The notes beneath the pieces were generated by a model. The model worked only from the letters and a program-made list of their open reading frames with translations. It ran no database searches and had not been told where the DNA came from. A DNA stretch of 64,000 nt from a virus, in the IMG/VR virus record IMGVR_UViG_3300005805_009577, positions 96,001 to 160,000 of that record, one strand, 5' to 3'. The position numbers and the translations under genes are program-made. Positions 20,423-30,590 of this stretch are shown one piece after another. The stretch's first letter is position 1; each line of letters opens with the position of its first letter.

Positions 20423-20558
20423 AAAATGGTTTGTGGAATATAAAACATCTTAAAAAATAGGAATACAAAGTTACCGGACTTTTTTGGAGTACGCCCTCCT
20501 GTTATGGTCTGCGGTTTACGGCCAAGAAGTTTTTTTACTCTTACCTTTTAATATCAAA

Positions 20559-20813
20559 ATGAGCATTGATCTTGATACTTATCGTAAAAAGGTTTGGGAA
20601 TATATTAAATTAGAATATAATGAAACGACAGAGCGTTTTAATGAAACTGCTATGATAGCACATCAAAACTATGTAAGTGTTCTCAGAAGCAGCATAGATC
20701 AGTGTATAGAAGAGCATTATAGAATAAATGATAGTCTTGGAAATGTCGCAAGCATTATAACAAAAGTTTATTTGATTGATTTTATCGAAAACAGAGGCTA
20801 CTCAATAGGCTAA
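20559..20813 (+). CDS. hypothetical protein, paralog family B
   Basis: DTYRKKVWEYIKLEY; motif at 20489; ATG 20559 preferred. Confidence 0.75.
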   Translation: MSIDLDTYRKKVWEYIKLEYNETTERFNETAMIAHQNYVSVLRSSIDQCIEEHYRINDSLGNVASIITKVYLIDFIENRGYSIG

Positions 20814-20816
20814 ATC

Positions 20817-21626
20817 ATGCCCGTCCAATTTAATTATAAAATTTACGCTACTATCGAAAAACAAGACAAAACACTAGAGCCTTTTATCTCCAAAAGCAAT
20901 AAGAGTAGTTATGAATATTCTAAAAGGGTCTTAAACCGACGCTGGCGGCCAGCAGAAGATATTATTTTAGATTGCTGTAGTAATCATTGGGCATATTATG
21001 ATAGTGCCGAATATGTTTATTTATATGCCAAAAATGTGATCAAAAAACGCTGGCCAGAGGGCGAAAAAGCTTTAATTGATTTTTATTCTAAGAGTAGATA
21101 TACCAAAACTAAACCAGAAGCACTAACTCTTTATGCCAAATACGTAATTAAAGGCCGCTGGAGAGAAGTAGAGTCTTTTATTCTTCAAGGAAATCAAATT
21201 GGAAATTACCTTGGAATATTAAAAAATCCAACAGATATTAAAGAATTTCAAAATGCAATACAACTTCATGCTCTAAAAGGCGTCGAAGCCGCTATAAACT
21301 TTAATACTTGGAAGCCTAATTTTAGTTTTAAAATTCCAGGGAAAAAAGCATTTGATGTAATGGTGGTGCGAAACCTTTATAAAGATCATATACAAAGAAG
21401 TGACAGGTCTCCAGATTATTTGGTTTTTCAACAAACAGAATGGTTGGATTTAGCAAAAGCTTATCATAACAAGAATCATTGTAGAACTAAACTTGGCTGT
21501 CATAGTTTAATTGATTTAAATGCAGAAGAAATTAGCAAAAATGTAACTTGGAATAATAATAGAAGGTATTATTATACTCCAAAAGATAAGATTCCAAAGG
21601 TTGAATTAAAGGTTAGTTCAAAGTGA
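20817..21626 (+). CDS. helical-repeat hypothetical protein
   Basis: Repeats YSKRVLNRRWRPAE, YAKNVIKKRWPEGE, YAKYVIKGRWREVE. Confidence 0.8.
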   Translation: MPVQFNYKIYATIEKQDKTLEPFISKSNKSSYEYSKRVLNRRWRPAEDIILDCCSNHWAYYDSAEYVYLYAKNVIKKRWPEGEKALIDFYSKSRYTKTKPEALTLYAKYVIKGRWREVESFILQGNQIGNYLGILKNPTDIKEFQNAIQLHALKGVEAAINFNTWKPNFSFKIPGKKAFDVMVVRNLYKDHIQRSDRSPDYLVFQQTEWLDLAKAYHNKNHCRTKLGCHSLIDLNAEEISKNVTWNNNRRYYYTPKDKIPKVELKVSSK

Positions 21627-21940
21627 CTTACGAAGAGTTAATAAATTGGTTTGATCTTTTTGAAAATGAAATAGTAACAAAAAGAAAGTTACTTAGAGGA
21701 TATGTTTTTTCTGGAGCGAGAATTGAAGTTTTTTCAGATGGCGGAGTAAGTATTGTTTTGACCCCTGGGGTTAGAGGGAAAACTAAAGAGGAAAGAAGTT
21801 GGGATGCTTATCGCCAACTAACTGACGAAAGTCCAGACCGAGAACTTTTTATTGATCTTGAAAGAATTGAATTAGAAAAAGTGGTTCGCGGAGAAAGGAT
21901 TATTTCCGAAACAGATTGGACTTGGACAGACGAAGAATAA
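21623..21940 (+). CDS. hypothetical protein
   Basis: GTG start overlapping the previous stop. Confidence 0.7.
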   Translation: MTYEELINWFDLFENEIVTKRKLLRGYVFSGARIEVFSDGGVSIVLTPGVRGKTKEERSWDAYRQLTDESPDRELFIDLERIELEKVVRGERIISETDWTWTDEE

Positions 21941-21948
21941 ATGATAGA

Positions 21949-22173
21949 ATGTCATGGAAGACAAAAATGAAAGAAAAAGTATTAGATTTTTTGAGAAATA
22001 AATTTAATCAACCAATAGATGAAAACTCATTTCTTGCTGAATTTAGTGAAGACAGCATGAGTAGAGTGGAAATTCTTTTTGAACTAGAGCGGTTGATTGG
22101 CAAAAAATTAAACGAAGAAGATATTTTAAACATTGAAACAGTTCAAGATTTAATTAATGTGGTGAGCAAGTGA
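21949..22173 (+). CDS. acyl carrier protein-like
   Basis: EDSMSRVEILFELE (phosphopantetheine Ser motif) and IETVQDLINVV. Confidence 0.8.
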   Translation: MSWKTKMKEKVLDFLRNKFNQPIDENSFLAEFSEDSMSRVEILFELERLIGKKLNEEDILNIETVQDLINVVSK

Positions 22174-22336
22174 GCAAAAAATCTGAGAAAGAAATTTTTA
22201 TTTTAGGAATGGTTTTAATAGCATTGGCTATAGGTTCTTATATTTTGCAAATACAAATGGAATTAAGAAAAATTAGAGCCCAAAAAAATATTTCTTATTT
22301 CGAATATACCTTAACCAACTTAAAATAAATAAAAGC

Positions 22337-22921
22337 ATGCTTTTAGAAAATAAAAAGATAATATCTTTCAAAAAAGAAATTAGTGTTAAAGAGTTATGGG
22401 ATAGCATAAAAAATGAAGTTTACGAAATAGAAATTGAAACATATACAGTCGGAACTACTTATAATTTATATAAAATAAACAATTATAAAGTTAACAGAAT
22501 AGCAAGTAACTTTTTTAAATTAGATTATTTAAGTTTTCATTATAACTCTAATGGTGTAAATATTACCTGGGAATTTCCTTTAAACAGTATTGCAAAAAGA
22601 TCCGATGATGGCTTTATTTTAATTAATAGGCTTGATGGCGATGAATACTTTGTTAGTTTTTTTAAGAGAGAAAGAATTGTTGTTTAACTTAATATGAATT
22701 CAGATCTAAAAACTTTTATAAATCCAATAAAAGTGTCCGGAGCCGAAATTAAAGTCGGTGATATTTTCATACTAAACGAACATTTCCAAGCAAAAGTAAA
22801 AAGCATAAAAAGCTTATACCCAAAAGATTCAGAAATTATAATAAATTTTGAATTAGGTAGTGAAAATAATTTGCCTATAATAATTAACGGCAATGAATCT
22901 TATTCTATAAGGCCTTGTTAA
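22337..22921 (+). CDS. two hypothetical proteins (22337-22687, 22694-22921)
   Basis: Co-directional ORFs. Confidence 0.65.
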
Positions 22922-22988
22922 GTTTGATGGTCTTTTCGGGGTACGGCCGGTAGTTGGTAGTCGAGAGAACAATACAAGGAACATTAAA

Positions 22989-23204
22989 ATGGCGTCGGTT
23001 ATTGTTGGAGAAAATATTGACCGTTTTCGTCTCCTTACTATTGCTAGTGCTTTGCGACTTGAAAGCAAAGGGCTTAAGGGCAAGATTAAGGCAAGTGTAA
23101 TTGCTCGACAAATTCTTAAGGCTAACGGAATTGTTCCTGCTAAACTGCTGGTAGAACTTTGCGAGCAGTTTAAGAACTTTGTTGTTGAAAAGAACAAGGA
23201 ATAA
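22989..23204 (+). CDS. small basic hypothetical protein
   Basis: AAGGA RBS; motif at 22941; GC-richer codon usage. Confidence 0.8.
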   Translation: MASVIVGENIDRFRLLTIASALRLESKGLKGKIKASVIARQILKANGIVPAKLLVELCEQFKNFVVEKNKE

Positions 23205-23323
23205 AGAGTGAATAATAACATTGTTTTTTTACTTGATGAAATTTTTTACGTTCCCGGCTGGTTGCAGACCCTCTTGATCGAAAGTTTGATTGACGGTAAA
23301 ATGATTGTGGTTGATTAAAAAAC

Positions 23324-23396
23324 GGCCCCATAGTATAACGGTTCAGTATATCGGGCTTTCATCCCGAAGATCGGAGTTCGATTCTCCGTGGGGTCA
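23324..23396 (+). tRNA. tRNA-Glu(TTC)
   Basis: GGCCCCA/TGGGGTC acceptor, TCGGG-CT-TTC-AT-CCCGA, GTTCGA T-loop; no encoded CCA. Confidence 0.92.
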
Positions 23397-23522
23397 TTTT
23401 AAAAATTAAATTAAAAGGTTTAAACGAAAAGCCCTTTTCGGGGTACGGTCACTGGTTGACGATGGAAGGAAAGCCCGATATAATTAAAATTTTAAAGTAA
23501 AATAAAAACGACAAACAAAACT

Positions 23523-23595
23523 GGGTCATTAACTCAATTGGCAGAGTAGCTGGCTTTTAACCAGTAAGTTCTAGGTTCGAGTCCTAGATGACCCA
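23523..23595 (+). tRNA. tRNA-Lys(TTT)
   Basis: GGGTCAT/ATGACCC acceptor, GCTGG-CT-TTT-AA-CCAGT, GGTTCGAGTCC. Confidence 0.95.
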
Positions 23596-23711
23596 CTAAT
23601 TGAACCGCTGATTAAGTTCAGCGGAGTTTGTCGCGGGTATCAAACTATATTCAATAACCGTAGAGTTTATGGGGAAATTTCTGTAAGACTGAAATGTCCC
23701 TTTCTGGATAT

Positions 23712-24170
23712 ATGCGTAAAATAGTTTTTCTTGATGTTGATGGAGTTCTTAACGACCTTCATGTTCTTAGCACTAGAAGCGAACTAGGGACAGAACATCT
23801 TCTTAATTTTAAAAGCCTAGTACTTGCAACTAAGTGTGAAATTGTTTTAAGTAGTAGTTGACGAATAATTGAAGATTGGAAGCGAACTCTTAAACTTGCT
23901 TTTAAGGAACATAATATTCCTGTTTGGATAAGTGAAACTCCTAGATTAAACAGTACAGATTTCACAATAGTTCCAAGGCGAGATGAAATTTTACTTTGGA
24001 TAAATGAAAATATAACTGAACCTTCCAAAGTTATTGTATTGGATGATGAATGGGATGCTGATATAAATGGACACGGAATAAAGCATATAAAAGACAAATT
24101 TATACATACTAGCATGAACACTGGGTTGACACAAGATCACGTTAATATTGCTATAAGTTTTTTGTCATAA
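23712..24170 (+). pseudogene. HAD-superfamily (Swiss-army-knife RNA-repair-like) protein with in-frame TGA
   Basis: FLDVDGVLN...IVLSSS*R...RRDEI..W...VIVLDDE; TGA at 23859 sits at the family's conserved Trp (SSSWR). Confidence 0.85.
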
Positions 24171-24182
24171 GAAGAAAAAATT

Positions 24183-25335
24183 ATGAGCCATCCCGACCCA
24201 CTTTTTGATTATGAAAATTGTGAAGAAAACGATATTGAAGAAAGTGGAATAGACGGCATAGAAGGTTGCTACGACAAAAACGGATTATTTCACGAATACA
24301 TGAAAGAGGAAGGTTGGTACGGCCCTTTTGAGGAAAATAAATGAATTACTCTAACGAACACACAACAGATTGGGCTATTGGCGATAAAGATATGGAAACC
24401 ATCCTTTCTGCCCTTGAACATTATACAGAAAGCATGGTTAAGTTTCGTCATGTTCCCGGTATGCACGATTATATTACCTATGTTGAAGAATTGTGCCAAA
24501 GTATGGAAAATGCTTGGCATCCTAAACAAGAGGAAGAAAAATGAATACGAATGAAATTATTATTGATAAGATTATGGAAATCATTAAAGAAAACGATGAT
24601 TACACTGCTGCCGATGTAATCAAAAACATAATGCTTGAATTGGCAAGTGTTGGTGGAAATGTTGATCGAGAAGGCAGCGTCAATAGAACTATAGATATGG
24701 TTTGTGAAGAAACCTTTGGTTAAAAACATGGTTAAAATAAATTGGATAGGATTTGCTGGGGTAGAGAATATAAGAGACTTGTTGAATTATGGAACTAGAT
24801 TTAATAGTGGTGTGCCATATTCTTTTTTTCGAATTGGACCCATAATTATTAAAAAATATTTATAGGAAAAAACAATGACACGCGGAGAAATGATTGAGTT
24901 TGTTAATGACCAAACAGAAAAAACCGATAGAGAAAATGCTATCAGGCTGCTTGCGTATTTTCTTGAACACGACGACCCAGTAAATCCCGAGCTTTATTTT
25001 CAGCAAATGGTTGGCGGAGAATAATGGGAAATTATCACTACGATATATTACTTTTGCCGGTTATAGTCATGGCAATTATTGCATTGTTCACTAGCCTTAA
25101 TGATTATTAAATGAGAAATCCTAGTCAATTAATTAATATTCTAAATAATAGCAGCGGATCTGAGGGCTTTGAAAAGTTTGTCGATCAACTGACATTTGAA
25201 GAAATGACACAAATAATGATGATTGCAGAGTTGATTATCGAATGTCCTGAGTTGAGCAGTAAAAAGAATATTGATTTTAAAGAATTCTTAAATTATATGC
25301 AAAATAAGCGGAAAGCATTTATAGAAAAAAATTAG
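24183..25335 (+). CDS. run of small hypothetical ORFs (24183-24344, 24341-24544, 24541-24723, 25111-25335 and shorter ones)
   Basis: Overlapping ATGA start/stop junctions, co-directional. Confidence 0.65.
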
Positions 25336-25341
25336 ATAGCT

Positions 25342-25983
25342 TTGGTAATGATTAACAAAGGCATAAATCTATTCAAGAATAGAGTCAAAGACCCTCATGA
25401 ACTGGATTTGCTTTCTTCTCAAGAGAACATAAGCCTAGTCAAACAAATACTTGAGGGAGATAAACCAATAAGTTTTTTGGAAAGCATCATTGACATAGAT
25501 TATATAAGAAATAATGCTTTTGATGAAGACTTTATTGAAATGTTTGATGAAAACCGCACAGAAGAAATAGTGATTACTTTTTTCTCTTATGGCCATCCAA
25601 GTATTTATGGTTATTTTTTAAAAAGCAAAGATAACTTTAATAAGTACTTTAATCATATAAGTCATGAAAGAGTTCGAGAAATTAAAAGAATCTTTAAATA
25701 TTACAAAATAAATCCCAAAGAATTTGCTGTTAAAAATAATATAATTTTTCATACTTTGTTTGAAATTTGTTGTAAATATTTTAAAGATCTTGATGAAATT
25801 AACGGAGCCAAATATGAAGAATTACATGAATTGTGTAATTATTTTAAAATAAGTGTTAAAGATAGTTTTAAGGATGAAAATAGACTCTACAGGTGCAAAA
25901 TCTGTAGTGAAAGTTATAGAAATAAATTTCTTTTGGTTGAACATTTAGAAAAAAAACATAACTTAAAAATACTTAAAATTTAA
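25342..25983 (+). CDS. hypothetical protein with C-terminal C2H2-type zinc finger
   Basis: YRCKICSESYRNKFLLVEHLEKKH. Confidence 0.7.
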   Translation: MVMINKGINLFKNRVKDPHELDLLSSQENISLVKQILEGDKPISFLESIIDIDYIRNNAFDEDFIEMFDENRTEEIVITFFSYGHPSIYGYFLKSKDNFNKYFNHISHERVREIKRIFKYYKINPKEFAVKNNIIFHTLFEICCKYFKDLDEINGAKYEELHELCNYFKISVKDSFKDENRLYRCKICSESYRNKFLLVEHLEKKHNLKILKI

Positions 25984-26058
25984 TCTAAAATAAGAAAAGA
26001 TTTAAATATATGTTTATTTTAAATAAATTCAATCTAAATCTAGGTACGCTATAGCGTT

Positions 26059-26203
26059 GCATCAGGAATGTATGCCATTGAGCGTACAAGCAACCTGCCG
26101 ACGCAAGGCAAGGTGCTTTCAGTAACACTTGTTATTGAGATGTGCGTGAGAGGATTATCTCACGAACTATATTGCGTGGGTTATTATAACCCATTTCTGA
26201 TGC
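26059..26203 (+). ncRNA. candidate structured RNA
   Basis: Closing stem GCATCAGGA/TTCTGATGC enclosing three hairpins; starts at the G of the motif TTG. Confidence 0.55.
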
Positions 26204-26212
26204 GTTCCCGTT

Positions 26213-26569
26213 TTGGTGAATGCAATGATCAACCAAAAAGATTTATCTTTCCTAGAAGAATACTTTACTGATAAAGCTAATGAACGCCTTCCAGAAGGCA
26301 AATGGCCAATGTATATTTATAAAAATTCTATAATTGAATTCAAAGAAAATGATATACGAGTAGTAAACTTTTTAGAAGATCATGTAATAATAAAAATAAG
26401 TCCAAAAACTTATAACTGTTATCCCTCTTGTGCTGCATTTTGTGGTGGTGCATCAAAAGAAGTTATTGAAAAAACAAAAAGAACAATGAACCCAGAACCA
26501 ACAATATTGGCTGTGCCTAAAAAATTATCTAATACTATATTGTCTCTTAAAAATTTTAATAATAAATAA
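26213..26569 (+). CDS. hypothetical protein, paralog family A
   Basis: Ends LAVPKKLSNTILSLKNF; real start probably a downstream ATG. Confidence 0.7.
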   Translation: MVNAMINQKDLSFLEEYFTDKANERLPEGKWPMYIYKNSIIEFKENDIRVVNFLEDHVIIKISPKTYNCYPSCAAFCGGASKEVIEKTKRTMNPEPTILAVPKKLSNTILSLKNFNNK

Positions 26570-26801
26570 AAATAAAAAACGCTGAAATTCATATTTATAA
26601 AAACCTTTAATTATTAGTATCCATGCTTCCACTTCCGAATAAAATTACATTTTTTGAGCAAGAACTAACCAAAAAAACAAAAGAAGAGTTAGAAAAAATG
26701 ATCAAAGAAATAGAAGAGTATAAGCCCATTAATTGGCTCAGTGCTATCGCTAAAACGTCTCAATTAGAAATACTCAAAAAACTACATATAGAAAAATAAA
26801 A

Positions 26802-27316
26802 ATGAATAGTCAAAATATATTAGCGGCTGAGTTGGCAAATTATTTAATTAATAACTCTAAAGGAGAACGCTTGCTTGAAAGAACCGTAGCAATAATTGTT
26901 GCCTTAGAGTATGAGTCGGCTTGTATTTTCTTTAAAATAATAATGAGTGAAGGAAAAGAAGAAATAAAAACAAAAGCGTATCACAGTAAAATAATTGATA
27001 AGTGGATAAAAAAGAATAACAAAAAGATTACCGAGGATATTACTAATGGCAACGGAGTATTTGCAAGAGCAATTTAAGAAATACAATGGAAAAACCAGCT
27101 AAAAACACAAAAGGATATTTGCTATACAGTCCTTTTCGCAAAAAAGATCCATACTTTTTTAGAATTTATAATGAAGATGGTAGTTTTACTGACTATGATT
27201 TGAATATTGAAGAATTAGAAATAGAGATAATTTCAGAATTCGCTAGTTTTTATGAAGAAGGTGAAAACAAAAGAATAGATTGGAGTAGCGAAACTTTAGG
27301 CAAAAAAAATATTTAA
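26802..27316 (+). CDS. two hypothetical proteins (26802-27077, 27086-27316)
   Basis: Co-directional ORFs. Confidence 0.65.
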
Positions 27317-27354
27317 AAATAGTATAAATAAAATAAACACCAGAGGATTAAATC

Positions 27355-28191
27355 TTGATAAAAACTATAGGGATAATAGGACAGGGATTCGTTGGAAATG
27401 CAGTAAAAGAAGGAATGAAAAGTTTTTTTAAAATAGAGACTTTTGATATTATAAAAGAAAAGTCTACAGCAATTAGTGTCGATGAGCTTTTCAAAAAATC
27501 AGATGTTATATTTGTTTGCTTGCCTACTCCTATGAAAAAGTCTGGCGAGTGTGATATAAGTATAATAGAGCCAGTAGTATCAAATATAAACTCGCTAGGT
27601 TCTAAGACAGTAATTTTAAAATCTACAATTCCTCCAGGAACTTGTGATTATCTTCAAAATAAGTGTGAAAATTTAAAAATAATATTTAACCCAGAGTTTT
27701 TAACAGAAGCGGCAGCAGTACAAGATTTTATTAATCAAAATAGAATAGTCTTAGGCGGAAAAGACGACAATGCTCTAAATGATGTTGAAGAAATGTTTAA
27801 AAAAGCTTTTCCAAAAGCAAATATCATAAAGACCACAACCAAAATAGCAGAATCAGTAAAATATGTAACAAATTGCTTTTTATCATTAAAGGTTTCTTTT
27901 GCAAATCAGCTTTATGACTTGTGCAATACTTGCGGCATAAACTATAATGAAGTAGTAGAAATATCAAAACTAGATAATCGTTTAGGAAATAGTCATTGGA
28001 AAGTTCCTGGGCCGGATGGAGATAGAGGGTATGGCGGACATTGCTTTCCTAAAGACATGCAAGCTTTTTTAAAGTTTGCAAAAAATAATAATATAGACAT
28101 GTCTTTAATAGAAGAAGCCATAAAATATAATGACACTATTAGAAAAGACAGAGACTGGGAAAAAATGAAGGGCAGAGCAGTCTCGGAGTAA
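27355..28191 (+). CDS. UDP-glucose/GDP-mannose 6-dehydrogenase family (short form, no C-terminal UDP-binding domain)
   Basis: GIIGQGFVG, FVCLPTP, KSTIPPG, FNPEFL, GYGGHCFPKD; TTG start with GAGGA RBS. Confidence 0.9.
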   Translation: MIKTIGIIGQGFVGNAVKEGMKSFFKIETFDIIKEKSTAISVDELFKKSDVIFVCLPTPMKKSGECDISIIEPVVSNINSLGSKTVILKSTIPPGTCDYLQNKCENLKIIFNPEFLTEAAAVQDFINQNRIVLGGKDDNALNDVEEMFKKAFPKANIIKTTTKIAESVKYVTNCFLSLKVSFANQLYDLCNTCGINYNEVVEISKLDNRLGNSHWKVPGPDGDRGYGGHCFPKDMQAFLKFAKNNNIDMSLIEEAIKYNDTIRKDRDWEKMKGRAVSE

Positions 28192-28198
28192 AGCATTT

Positions 28199-28393
28199 AT
28201 GAAAGTCAATATTAAAGAAGAACTAGAAAAATTAGATAGGAATGATTTTAATAAAGTTTGCAACTTAGTTGACAAAATAATAAAAGACATTAAAGAAGTT
28301 ACTAGAGATGCAGATATGGGCAATGAAATTATTTTTGATATGGTCATAGACTATATGATCGAATTAATAAATCCAGAATTATTAAAATTTTAG
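28199..28393 (+). CDS. hypothetical protein
   Basis: Operon continuation. Confidence 0.6.
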   Translation: MKVNIKEELEKLDRNDFNKVCNLVDKIIKDIKEVTRDADMGNEIIFDMVIDYMIELINPELLKF

Positions 28394-28413
28394 TAAAATT
28401 GATAAATAAATTT

Positions 28414-30021
28414 ATGCCACTTAACTTTTACGAATTATATAACTTACTAAACGAAAATGTAGAAGAAAGCTTTGATAAGTGGCTAGAACTTGTATTTCAA
28501 TACACCAAAAAAAATACAGATGCCGAAAAAGTTTTAATGAAAATATCAGGAGTTCCTGTAAGAGCAGATCTTATAGGAAAAAATGCCAAAGATTGGCAGG
28601 ATTCAGAAAAAGCACAACTAAAATACATTATAGATGGACCACAAGAAGTATACATTAAACAAGTATTAAAAGAAAAAAACATTGAAAACTTTAATTGGTT
28701 TAGCTTTTGTATAGGTTATTTCAGCACAAAACCAAGCTTCTTTAAAGAAGATTTAGAATTAGCAATAGAAGTAACAAAAAATAGAATAGCCAGCAGAGAA
28801 CTTCCTAAAACTGAAATAGGGGGTAAAGGCTGGCTGCTGATTGGTTATGAATCTTTGGATCATGTTAAAAAGTATTTAAGACAACAGCAAGAACTTAGTA
28901 ATAGACAAAAACTAAAACTAAGAAAAAAGGGAGAAACACTAGAAGAAGACGAAAGTTTAATAAAATTATTAGATCAGAAAAATAACTTTAAACTTTATTT
29001 TTTACCCAGTATAGCAACTGATAAAGATAATAAATATCATGATAGTTGGAGTGCTGCTGAATACGTAAACAAAAGAGAAAGTAGAAAAAGATTACTGTGT
29101 AAATACGGAAAAGATACAGATTGGTGTACTGCTAATCCTACAGGCGGATATCATGAGTATTACGTTGATCAAGATATTTATATTTTACATGAAAATGATA
29201 AGCCAAAATATCAATTTACCGGGTGTCATAGAGGAATAAGACCTCAATTTATGAATGTTAAAGACGAAACAGTAGAAGCAATTTCTCAAAAAGAAATGGA
29301 ATTTTTATATTATCATCTTGGAAAATGTTATGAAGACATGGAAGTAAAATTAGAAGATCCAGAACAATATTTAAATTCAGAATTTAAAGAAAGAATAAGC
29401 TTAGAAGATATATTGGATTTGTGTCAAAATAAAGAAGCTTCTCCCGAAGTTTTAAAAGACATATATTCTCGTCATTCAAGAAAAGATTATAGAGGATCGG
29501 GATCGTGGAGCGGATTTGGGGGTATACTAGATTTATTATGTAAAAATCCTAACACACCAGAAGAAATATTAGTAGATATATATAAAAAAGATATTCCTCT
29601 GCCAGGGGGAACTAAAAAATCACTTGCAGAAAATCCTAGTACGCCAAAAGAAATATTAAAAGAAATATCTGAATTTATTCTAGATCCTGGGTCTGGCAAG
29701 AGCAAAAGATTATATACAGATATAGCAAATCCTTTGGCTAAAAACAAAAATTCAGACATTGAAGTTCTAAAAAATCTTCTTACATTCTTAAAAAGAGTAG
29801 ACAATAGAGATTATAAGGCTCGTTTTGGAGTAGATATATTAAAAAACCCAAACTCAAAAAAAGATCCGGAACTTGTAGAAGAAATAGTAAAAATAGTAAG
29901 AGGAATAATACTTGATCAAGAAACCTATGATTTTACTTTAACCTATTTAAGACAACAAGAAGATTTGCCAAGTGATTTATCCTCAGCCTTGTTGTTTGCA
30001 AGAAAAACTTCTTGGCGTTAA
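28414..30021 (+). CDS. large hypothetical protein, paralog of 6101, with C-terminal LRV-type helical repeats
   Basis: LCKYGKDTDWCTAN; CKNPNTPEEIL, LAENPSTPKEIL, LAKNKNSDIEVL repeats. Confidence 0.85.
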   Translation: MPLNFYELYNLLNENVEESFDKWLELVFQYTKKNTDAEKVLMKISGVPVRADLIGKNAKDWQDSEKAQLKYIIDGPQEVYIKQVLKEKNIENFNWFSFCIGYFSTKPSFFKEDLELAIEVTKNRIASRELPKTEIGGKGWLLIGYESLDHVKKYLRQQQELSNRQKLKLRKKGETLEEDESLIKLLDQKNNFKLYFLPSIATDKDNKYHDSWSAAEYVNKRESRKRLLCKYGKDTDWCTANPTGGYHEYYVDQDIYILHENDKPKYQFTGCHRGIRPQFMNVKDETVEAISQKEMEFLYYHLGKCYEDMEVKLEDPEQYLNSEFKERISLEDILDLCQNKEASPEVLKDIYSRHSRKDYRGSGSWSGFGGILDLLCKNPNTPEEILVDIYKKDIPLPGGTKKSLAENPSTPKEILKEISEFILDPGSGKSKRLYTDIANPLAKNKNSDIEVLKNLLTFLKRVDNRDYKARFGVDILKNPNSKKDPELVEEIVKIVRGIILDQETYDFTLTYLRQQEDLPSDLSSALLFARKTSWR

Positions 30022-30167
30022 TTATTTCATAGCACTCTAATGCGTTTATTGAAACATTTTAAAAAGCTAAATTAAAAATTATTCACGGTACGCTCAAGAT
30101 TTGTAGGGTAGCGGTGTAAATTTAAGAATTAAGTTATAATCTCAGCAAATAAAATCAGAACAGTTTT

Positions 30168-30590
30168 GTGGAACAAATTATGATCATTAAGTATTTTAAA
30201 ATTGATGTAAGTTTGAAAGAAATTAATTCTTATTTAAAAAAAGAATTAAAGTTATATTGCTTTAGAGATTTTCTAGAATTAATGATAAACGAATTAACAG
30301 AATTATATGAACTTTATAACTATAGTGAAGGCTTTGGAGAAAATTGGGTTTTTTCAGTAGCAGAAGGTGCAGATGTAATAAAAATAGAAATTCCCGATAA
30401 TAGTTTTACCAAATTTAAAAGCCACGATGCAGCAGTAAGAAAGTTTTTAGACTTATTGAAAGAAGAAGGAATTTACGAAGGATCATTAGACGGCACAAAT
30501 AGCACAGATAAGATGGGTTATGATTGGAACTATAAAATATTAGACGGAATAGAGTCTTTGTATTTAATAAGAAAAGAAAATAGATCATGA
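30168..30590 (+). CDS. hypothetical protein
   Basis: ORF track; degenerate motif at 30088 upstream. Confidence 0.65.
   Translation: MEQIMIIKYFKIDVSLKEINSYLKKELKLYCFRDFLELMINELTELYELYNYSEGFGENWVFSVAEGADVIKIEIPDNSFTKFKSHDAAVRKFLDLLKEEGIYEGSLDGTNSTDKMGYDWNYKILDGIESLYLIRKENRS

Noticed and set aside
23859-23861. Genome-wide TGA-to-Trp recoding
   Set aside because: Many clear genes end in TGA (e.g. 2177, 36016, 46328), and only one internal TGA was seen.
26044-26059. T7-like promoter (TACG at -14..-11 if +1 is the G of TTG)
   Set aside because: The T7 specificity region (-10 to -5) is the unconserved N8 here; treated as coincidence.
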